Positions 55,897 through 64,000 of a stretch of DNA of 64,000 bases are shown piece after piece. Position numbers and translations under genes: made by a program. The notes beneath the pieces were generated by a model. The model saw only the letters and a list, made by a program, of their open reading frames with translations. It ran no database searches and had not been told where the DNA came from. Every line of letters begins with the position of its first letter. The stretch's first letter is position 1. Source of the DNA: an uncultured bacterium (GTDB lineage Bacteria > Acidobacteriota > HRBIN11 > JAKEFK01); the NCBI GenBank assembly GCA_963777505.1, contig CAVZQN010000001.1, positions 384,001 to 448,000 of the forward strand, given 5' to 3'.

Positions 55897-58800
55897 ATGC
55901 TAGAGGCGGGATCTTTGTGCTTATGTGCATCTCGAGGAATTCGTCGCAAGATTTTTGCGCTGTTCTTCGTCTGTACGATCTTACTTGCAATTCAACCAAC
56001 ACACGCTGCAACATTGCAGGCAGGATTTCAAGAAACAATTGTATTCACCGGGTTAGTGAATCCTACGGCGATTCGTTTTGCGTCTGATGGCCGTATTTTT
56101 ATCGCTGAAAAAAGCGGACGGATTAAAGTCTATACCAGCCTTTCGGACACAACACCGGATGTTTTCGCCGATTTAAATGTAAATGTCTACAATTTTTGGG
56201 ACCGAGGCTTATTAGGCTTGGAGCTTCATCCCCAATTCCCAACCGTTCCTTATGTATACGTGCTTTATTCATATGATGCAGAAATAGGAATGCCGGCTCC
56301 GAAATATGGAACTCCCGGAGTTTACTCGGATACCTGTCCTAGTCCGCCCGGCGCAACTGCGGACGGATGTGTTGTTGCCGCGCGATTATCCCGTCTTGAA
56401 GCGAACGGAAATTTTATGACAGGATCGGAAAATGTTTTTATTGAAGATTGGTGTCAGCAATATCCTGGTCATACCGTTGGAAGTATGGCATTTGGACAAG
56501 ATGGTGCCCTTTATGTGAGTGCAGGAGATGCTTCCAGTTTTAATTTTGTGGATTATGGTCAAGATGGTTCGCCACTCAATCCTTGTGGTGATCCGCCAGG
56601 AGGTGTGGGGGGTGTTATGACACCGCCGACTGCCGAAGGTGGTTCTTTACGGAGTCAGGATTTGCGTACATCGGGCGATCCCGTTGGTCTGGATGGTTCA
56701 ATCGTGCGTCTCGATCCAGCTACGGGTTTAGCATTACCGGATAATCCGCTTTTTGCTGATTCAGATCCGAATGCACGCCGAATCATCGCACATGGCTTTC
56801 GAAATCCATATCGCATTACAGTACGGCCGGGTACAAATGAAGTTTGGGTCGGAGATGTCGGCTGGAGCATTTGGGAAGAGATTAATCGGATTACGAATCC
56901 TACCGATTCAAGTGTTGATAACTTCGGATGGCCCTGCTATGAAGGTGCGGCAAAACAATCAGGATATGACAATGCAAACCTAAATATTTGCGAAAACCTC
57001 TACAGCGAAACGGATGCAGTCATTTCGCCGTACTTTGCATACTCACATTTCGCAAAAGTTTTGCCGGATGAAACCTGTCCTCAAGGAAGCTCTTCACTTG
57101 CTGGAATAAAATTTTATACAACGGGTACATTTCCCGAAAATTTTGACGGAGCATTATTCTTTGCTGATTATTCACGCAACTGTATCTGGGCTATGCAAAA
57201 AGGTGACGATGGCCTGCCGAATCCCAATACGATTGTGACTTTTGCAGCCGGTGCTGCAAATCCTGTAGACATACAAATTTCTCCATCAGGTGATCTGTTT
57301 TATCCTGATTTTAATAACGGAACAATTCGACGTATCCAGTACGTAAGTACGACTCAACCTCCGTTAGCTGTTGCTGTTGCAAATCCAACAAGCGGAATCG
57401 CTCCGCTTCAAGTACAGTTTAATGGTTCCGATTCTAGCGATCCCGATGTTGGCCAAACACTCTCTTACGCGTGGGATCTGGATGATGATGGACTATTTGA
57501 TGATTCAACAAGCGTGCAGCCAACATTTACTTACACAACGGCTGGAACTAAAGTTGTGACCTTAAAAGTAACAGATAGTGACGGGATGTCCGATATCGAT
57601 TCAGTCAATGTTACGGTTAATATGAACAATCCCCCCACCGCAACGATCCTGACACCAACGACCGGAACACTATGGAAAGCAAACCAGGTTATTTCATTTT
57701 CAGGGAGCGCAACTGATCTGGAAGATGGAACATTTCCCGCATCAGCGCTCAATTGGACTTTGTTGTTGCATCATTGTCCATCCAACTGTCACGTTCATAC
57801 ATTGCAACAGTTTGCTGGTGTAGATAGCGGAACGTTTACGGCACCAGATCATGAATATCCATCACACCTCGAACTCAAACTCACTGTAACAGATTCACTG
57901 GGTTTACAAAGCACCAAAAGCTTGATACTGCAATCCGAAAACTGTCGAGCTCCGATTAAGATCAAAACCAACAACGCAAATGTTTGATCTTGTATTTAAC
58001 GGTACAACAGTACCGTCGGGCACTAATCGAAGAGTGATTGTTGGTTCGCAAAACACAGTCAGCGCAATTTCGCCTCAGATTAAAGGAGGCGTTTCATATG
58101 TGTTTAGCTCCTGGTCTGATGGAGGCGCACAAACCCACAATATTGTTGGGACCTGATCTTGCGTTCCAAACTTACTATGCCAACTTTGTACCAGGAACAG
58201 GTGGTGGAAGCGGTAACCCTACTGCAACGATTTCGACACCAGCATCCGGCACACTCTGGCAAGTAGGTCAAGTCATTTCATTTTCAGGAAGCGCAACGGA
58301 TCCGCAACAAGGCACATTACCGCCATCAGCACTGACGTGGACTCTGTTGTTGCACAATTGTGTATCTACTTGCACTGTTTCTACATTGCAACAGTTTAAT
58401 GGTGTGGCTAGCGGATCGTTTACCGCGCCAGAAGCTCCGTATCCATCGCACCTTGAACTTCGCCTTACTGCAACGGATTCCGGAGGTCTACAAGACACGA
58501 AAAGCTTGCAATTGAATCCGCAAACTGTCGAGCTCCGGCTTAGAGCAAAACCAACAACAGCAGTGTTTAATATTGAATTGAACGGTACTACATTCCCTTC
58601 AGGCTCCAATCGAAGAGTGATTGTTGGTTCGCAAAATACAATCAACGCGCCTTCGCCTCAGACTCCTGGAGGCGTTTCATATGTGTTTAGCAACTGGTCT
58701 GATGGTGGTGCACAAAGCCACACTTTTATTGGTCCAGCACTTGCCTTCCAAACTTACACAGCCACGTTCGTGCCGGGAACAGGCGGCGAACCAACCGCAA

Positions 58801-59357
58801 CAATCTCAACTCCCGCGGCTAGTACACTCTGGCAAGTAGCTCAAGTCATTTCATTTTCAGGGAGCGCAACGGATCCGCAAGAAGGGACATTGCCGCCATC
58901 AGCACTGAAGTGGACTCTGTTGTTGCATGATTGTTCATCTACATGCACCGCTACTACTCTGCAAGAATTTATTGGTGTGGATAATGGAACGTTCGCGGCA
59001 CCAGATGCGCCTTATCCATCGCACCTTGAACTTCGACTCACAGCAACGGATTCCGGAGGTTTACAAAACACAAAAAGCTTGCAGTTGAATCCACAAACTG
59101 TTGAACTCCGGTTCAGGTCAAAACCAACAACAACTGTATTTAATCTTGTGTTTAACGGTGTTACTGCAACGACAGGTTTTAATCGAAGAGTGATCGTAGG
59201 TTCGCAAAATACAGTCAGCGCCATTTCACCTCAGACTGCAAGCAACGGCCTGACATATGTATTCAGTTTCTGGTCTGATGGTGGCGCAGAGACGCACACT
59301 ATTGTTGGCCCTGCACTAACGTTCCAGACTTACTATGCCAACTTCGTGGTGCAATAA
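55897..59357 (+). CDS. Secreted GSDH/PQQ-type beta-propeller plus PKD and three repeat modules; two frameshifts near 57931 and 58149
   Basis: DRGLLGLELHP, HGFRNPYR, WEEIN, NFGWPCYEG and PKD YAWDLDDDG. Removing one base at each site restores colinearity with the downstream paralog. Confidence 0.85.
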
Positions 59358-59495
59358 TGACAGGTGATTAGAATTTTTGAACAAACAAGAAAAATGGAGT
59401 TTCTTAGCATAACTTATAGGTATATACGCTTTGCTTTTATTCATTGAGTCAAACCATTCCTGGATCCTAGATTTGCGCGAAGACAGGAGGGAGAG

Positions 59496-62363
59496 ATGCT
59501 AAGTGCAGCCTCATTGTGTTCTGGTGCATCTCGAGGAATTTGGTGCAAAATTTTTGCGCTGTTCTTCGTGTGTACGATCTTACTTTCAATTCAGTTCACT
59601 TTTGCAGCAACATTACCCGCAGGATTTCAAGAAACAGTAGTATTCAGCGGGTTAGTCAATCCTACGGCAATTCGCTTTGCATCTGATGGCCGTATTTTTA
59701 TCGCTGAAAAAAGCGGCAAGATAAAAGTCTATAACAGCCTTTCAGATACAACACCGGATGTTTTTGCAGACTTAAATGTGAATGTCTACAATTTTTGGGA
59801 CCGAGGCTTACTCGGCTTAGCACTTCATCCCCAGTTTCCAGCCACACCCTATGTATATGTCCTTTATTCATATGATGCAGAAATAGGGATGCCGGCTCCG
59901 AAATATGGAACCCCTGGAGTGTATTCGGATCCCTGTCCTACTCCGCCAGGAGCTACTGACGATGGATGCATTGTTGCAGCTCGATTGTCCCGACTTCAAG
60001 CAAACGGAAATTTTATGACGGGAAACGAAAATGTATTTATTGAAAACTGGTGTCAACAATATCCCGGTCACTCAATTGGAAGTATGGCATTTGGACAAGA
60101 TGGTGCCCTTTATGTAAGTGGTGGTGATGCATCGAGTTTTAATTTTGTAGATTATGGTCAAGATGGTTCGCCACTGAATCCTTGTGGTGATCCGCCTGGC
60201 GGTGTAGGGGCTGCTCTAACACCACCGACTGCGGAAGGTGGTTCTTTGCGGAGTCAGGATTTGCGTACATCAGGCGATCCGGTGACTCTGGATGGTTCAA
60301 TCCTGCGTCTCGATCCGGTTACGGGTTTAGCCTTACCTAATAATCCGCTTTTTTCTGATCCCGATCCAAATGCGCGTCGCATCATTGCATACGGTTTGCG
60401 AAATCCATTTCGAATAACCGTACGGCCAGGTACAAATGAAATTTGGCTGGGAGATGTCGGTTGGAGCGTTTGGGAAGAGATTAATCGCATCATCAACCCG
60501 ACCGATTCAATCGTTGAAAACTTTGGATGGCCCTGTTATGAAGGCGCGGCAAAGCAATCAGGATATGACAATGCAAACCTAAATATTTGTGAGAACCTTT
60601 ACGGCGAAGCCAATGCAGTTGTTCCACCATACTTTACGTACTCACATTTCGCAAAAGTTTTGCCTGACGAAACCTGTCCGCAGGGAAGCTCTTCAATTGC
60701 GGGATTGAGTTTCTACACAACGGGTCCATTTCCCGAAATTTTTGATGGAGCGTTGTTCTTTGCTGATTATTCCCGTGATTGTATTTGGGCTATGCAAAGA
60801 GGTGACGATGGCTTGCCCAACCCAAACACGATTGTGACATTTGCAGCCGCTGCTGCAAATCCTGTAGACATACAAATTTCACCATCAGGCGATCTGTTTT
60901 ATCCAGATTTTAATGGCGGAACAATTCGACGTATCCAGTACGTAAGTACGACTCAGCCTCCTCTGGCTATTGCTGCAGCAAATCCAACCAGTGGCATTGC
61001 TCCGCTGCAAGTACAGTTTGATGGTTCTGATTCTAGCGATCCCGATATCCAAGCACTGTCTTACGCGTGGGATCTCGATGATGATGGATTCTTTGATGAT
61101 GCATCAATCGTACGGCCAACATTTACATACACAACGTCAGGAACTAAAGTAGCGACCTTAAAGGTAACTGATACAGATGGGATGTCTGATATTGATTCAG
61201 TCAATGTTACGGTTAACATGAACAATCCACCTACCGCAACGATCTTGACGCCAGCCGCCGGCACACTATGGCAAGCAAATCAGGTTATGTCATTTTCAGG
61301 AAGCGCAACTGATGTGGAAGATGGAACATTTCCCGCATCAGAACTGAACTGGACTTTGTTGTTGCATCATTGTCCATCCACATGCCACGTTCATACATTG
61401 CAACAATTTGTTGGTGTGGCTGGCGGAACGTTCACGGCACCTGATCATGAATATCCATCGCACCTTGAACTCCGGCTCACCGTAACTGATTCCTTAGGAT
61501 TATCAAGCACAAAAAGCTTGATACTCAATCCGCGAACTGTCGAGCTCCGGTTCAGATCAAGACCAACAACAACAGTGTTTGATCTTGTATTTAACGGTAC
61601 GATAGCAACGACAGGTTTTAATCGCAGAGTAATTGTTGGTTCAAAAAATACAATTAGCGCCATTTCACCTCAGACTAAAAACGGCATTACATATGTGTTT
61701 GGCTCATGGTCTGATGGGGGCGCACAGACCCACGATATTATTGCTCCTGCACTTGAGTTCCAAAATTACTTTGCCAACTTTGTTCCGGGGACGGTTAGTG
61801 GTGATCCACCAACCGCAACGATTTTGACACCGGCATCCGGCACACTATGGCGAGCCAATCAAGTAATTTCATTTTCAGGAAGCGCAACTGACCCGCAACA
61901 AGGCACATTACCGCCTTCAGCACTTACATGGACTTTGTTATTGCACAATTGTGTATCCACTTGCACGGTTACTACATTGCAACAGTTTGTAGGTGTAGCT
62001 AGCGGAACGTTTACAGCACCAAATGCTCCATATCCATCGCACCTCGAACTCAGGCTCACTGCAACGGATAACCAGGGGCTGCAAGACGTAGAAAGCCGTT
62101 TACTGAACCCTCAAACTGTCATTTTGACATTCAAATCCAAACCAGGATCCCTGAATATTTCGGTAGGTGGCACAACAGGAGTTACAACTTTTACGCGCAC
62201 AGTAATTGTTGGTTCGCTAAATACAATCAGTGCCCCTTCCCCTCAGATTAAAGGAAACGGGACGTACATCTTTAGCTTCTGGTCTGACGGCGGAGCACAA
62301 ACCCACGATATTTTTGCACCTGTAACCAACACAATCTACACCGCCGATTACAACAGGCAGTGA
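59496..62363 (+). CDS. Secreted GSDH/PQQ-type beta-propeller plus PKD and two repeat modules (tandem paralog)
   Basis: Same motifs (YGLRNPFR, NFGWPCYEG, WSDGGAQTH) in an intact 955-aa ORF. Confidence 0.9.
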   Translation: MLSAASLCSGASRGIWCKIFALFFVCTILLSIQFTFAATLPAGFQETVVFSGLVNPTAIRFASDGRIFIAEKSGKIKVYNSLSDTTPDVFADLNVNVYNFWDRGLLGLALHPQFPATPYVYVLYSYDAEIGMPAPKYGTPGVYSDPCPTPPGATDDGCIVAARLSRLQANGNFMTGNENVFIENWCQQYPGHSIGSMAFGQDGALYVSGGDASSFNFVDYGQDGSPLNPCGDPPGGVGAALTPPTAEGGSLRSQDLRTSGDPVTLDGSILRLDPVTGLALPNNPLFSDPDPNARRIIAYGLRNPFRITVRPGTNEIWLGDVGWSVWEEINRIINPTDSIVENFGWPCYEGAAKQSGYDNANLNICENLYGEANAVVPPYFTYSHFAKVLPDETCPQGSSSIAGLSFYTTGPFPEIFDGALFFADYSRDCIWAMQRGDDGLPNPNTIVTFAAAAANPVDIQISPSGDLFYPDFNGGTIRRIQYVSTTQPPLAIAAANPTSGIAPLQVQFDGSDSSDPDIQALSYAWDLDDDGFFDDASIVRPTFTYTTSGTKVATLKVTDTDGMSDIDSVNVTVNMNNPPTATILTPAAGTLWQANQVMSFSGSATDVEDGTFPASELNWTLLLHHCPSTCHVHTLQQFVGVAGGTFTAPDHEYPSHLELRLTVTDSLGLSSTKSLILNPRTVELRFRSRPTTTVFDLVFNGTIATTGFNRRVIVGSKNTISAISPQTKNGITYVFGSWSDGGAQTHDIIAPALEFQNYFANFVPGTVSGDPPTATILTPASGTLWRANQVISFSGSATDPQQGTLPPSALTWTLLLHNCVSTCTVTTLQQFVGVASGTFTAPNAPYPSHLELRLTATDNQGLQDVESRLLNPQTVILTFKSKPGSLNISVGGTTGVTTFTRTVIVGSLNTISAPSPQIKGNGTYIFSFWSDGGAQTHDIFAPVTNTIYTADYNRQ

Positions 62364-62364
62364 T

Positions 62365-62450
62365 ACAAGCGTGAACTTTGATTCTTACGGATCCTGGTGC
62401 AGGTTCTAGAATTTCGCGCTCAACAATTTTTCGAATGGACCATTCGGAGG
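62365..62450 (-). pseudogene. Remnant of a Zn-dependent alcohol dehydrogenase N-terminus
   Basis: With one extra A removed, it reads PNGPFEIVEREILEPAPGSVRIKVHAC, stopping at the catalytic-Zn Cys where the GSDH gene ends. Confidence 0.55.
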
Positions 62451-62471
62451 AGATCCTTGTGGGCCTGGAAT

Positions 62472-62858
62472 TCATTGGACAAATGACCAGCTGACAATAA
62501 TAATTCGCCAGTCATAGTCTTCACGTCGCAAAATCCAAAGGTGATTACCCTCATAAAGCGTAGACTCCGATTCTGAATCGGATCTTACATGTGTGGCGAA
62601 AGATGCAGTTTTGTACGCAAGATTGCCGCTGACATCAATCACTAAATCCTTGATTTCTAATCTTTCGATTTTTTGAACATCGTTTTGTAACAAGATGCCT
62701 ACTGCACTTTTCCCTTCAATCGGAGAGGAACCAGGCGGATAAAAACGGATTTCTTCAGAACACAGGCGTAACATAGATGGAATATCACCACGAAGCTCTG
62801 CTTCCACCCAGGAATGATGAAGCTCCAAGATCCGTTGATAATCGGGATTGTCACGCAT
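62472..62858 (-). CDS. NTF2-like (DUF4440/SnoaL) protein
   Basis: PPGSSPIEGK, VSGNLAY and WILRR...WRI. Confidence 0.82.
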   Translation of the reverse strand: MRDNPDYQRILELHHSWVEAELRGDIPSMLRLCSEEIRFYPPGSSPIEGKSAVGILLQNDVQKIERLEIKDLVIDVSGNLAYKTASFATHVRSDSESESTLYEGNHLWILRREDYDWRIIIVSWSFVQ

Positions 62859-62868
62859 TTTGAAATAA

Positions 62869-63795
62869 TTAAGCAGCGGCTTTTTCTTGTTGTACTTTCC
62901 ACGCTTTCCAATAATTCTTCAATCGTTTGCAAAATGATTTCGGTGTTTCTGCGTATAATTGAGGACCCATTTCTTTCGCTTCATCTTGAAGTTCTGCGCG
63001 TCGCTTTCCGATCAGATTTGTTAGTAATTCCCTATCTTGATCCGAAGTCACATCTTTCATCTCACTAAGAAGTAGCTCTTCTAAAACCGCCAGATCATGA
63101 TCCAAGCCTAAAGTGTCAGCAAGTTCATGTGCCTGCTCTGCCATTTCGATCATGACTTCCGGCTTCGTAGCTTCTAAGAATTCCAATTGATAACGAAGAT
63201 ACTTCACTGACTTACGCCATTCGTGCAGATTCTCTACTGAAAGATCCTTGAAAGCTGTATCGAGCTCTTCTTGTCCGCGTGTATAGACTTTACGTACACC
63301 TTTCTTTAGCATTCCAAATCTATCCGGAAATTGCGGCCATTTCTTAATGTTGTTTTGTATTTGTCTGGTGAGACGAAGGACCGTTGCCATCGCTTTTTCT
63401 TTTTCAAGAACTTGCTTCCAGATTTTTGTTCGGCGTTTCACTAATTCTGAACGGAACTTTTTGATTGAAACCTTCCTGCTTTGCTTTTTGAAATGCTTCA
63501 TCAGCTGATCCAGAGTTTCAACCATCACATCCGCGTCACGGACCTCCGATAATGGACGACCGGCGTCACGTAATACTGTGTTCTCTCGCCTGTAAATGTC
63601 TTCTCCTAATTCATAACGGATCAATCTCAACATTCCACGTAATTGCTTAAACTTCTTGCGAGCAATATGTACACGCTCGCCAACTTTTGTGTTTCGTTGG
63701 CGGACGAGAGTCTTTTGCGCCTCTTTCAGCAAGTTGGTTGCAATTTCTTGAAATTGCTTGGCAAGATTCTCTTTTTGCTTTAGTTTTATCGACAT
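62869..63795 (-). CDS. CHAD domain protein
   Basis: VHIARKKFKQLRGMLRL, LSEVRDADV, LHEWRKSVKYLRYQ and LGLDHDL. Confidence 0.92.
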   Translation of the reverse strand: MSIKLKQKENLAKQFQEIATNLLKEAQKTLVRQRNTKVGERVHIARKKFKQLRGMLRLIRYELGEDIYRRENTVLRDAGRPLSEVRDADVMVETLDQLMKHFKKQSRKVSIKKFRSELVKRRTKIWKQVLEKEKAMATVLRLTRQIQNNIKKWPQFPDRFGMLKKGVRKVYTRGQEELDTAFKDLSVENLHEWRKSVKYLRYQLEFLEATKPEVMIEMAEQAHELADTLGLDHDLAVLEELLLSEMKDVTSDQDRELLTNLIGKRRAELQDEAKEMGPQLYAETPKSFCKRLKNYWKAWKVQQEKAAA

Positions 63796-63858
63796 TCGTT
63801 CCTTCTTATGTATTCATAGTAGGTTGTAATCCAGAAAACGCGAAATATCTTTTGAAAT

Positions 63859-64000
63859 ATGAATGCATTTAATCGAGTCTTGAAATTGCGCAAAGGAAGT
63901 GCCTCTCATTATCTTAAGATTACTGCCATAGCGATTGGTGCGTCCGCTGTCGGAGCATTCGCAATTGGAGCGCTTTCCATCGGGGCACTCGCCGTCAGAA
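63859..64000 (+). CDS. Small hydrophobic protein with GA(F/L)AIG repeats, truncated by the window edge
   Basis: MNAFNRVLKLRKG...AIGASAVGAFAIGALSIGALAVR, open to the end of the window. Confidence 0.55.
   Translation, partial: MNAFNRVLKLRKGSASHYLKITAIAIGASAVGAFAIGALSIGALAVR

Noticed and set aside
57630-62340. Long repeats as a CRISPR array or mobile element
   Set aside because: They are in-frame protein modules with synonymous divergence, without constant repeat-spacer structure or cas genes.

Overview
Chromosomal window of a bacterium with moderate GC, most likely Acidobacteriota (it carries the acidobacterial PadR plus duplicated ABC-permease ADOP pair). I found no rRNA, tRNA, CRISPR array, phage or transposase gene. 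The left half is dominated by minus-strand Fe-S, sulfur and selenium genes: thiC; an ISC operon (rrf2/iscR-def-iscS-iscU-iscA-hscB-hscA-iscX-moaA) with peptide deformylase embedded by overlapping codons and no fdx; a partial complex I cluster (nuoA-B-C-D-G-H-I) running into lipA; and a selD encoding selenocysteine (in-frame UGA plus SECIS-like hairpin, missed by the ORF track). It also holds signalling genes (8-Cys domain-REC fusion, Hpt-REC-REC-GGDEF, FHA-PrsW fusion), a Walker-less ABC-ATPase-like gene and several candidate microproteins. The right half is accessory: hydrolases, a tandem-domain thyX, an orphan internally repeated helical protein, several regulators with visible phased operator arrays, and two tandem GSDH-PKD paralogs. 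Intergenic DNA carries several families of short palindromic repeats. Four genes are broken by five single-base insertions, probably read or assembly errors. All functional calls rest on motif recognition by eye; no searches were run.
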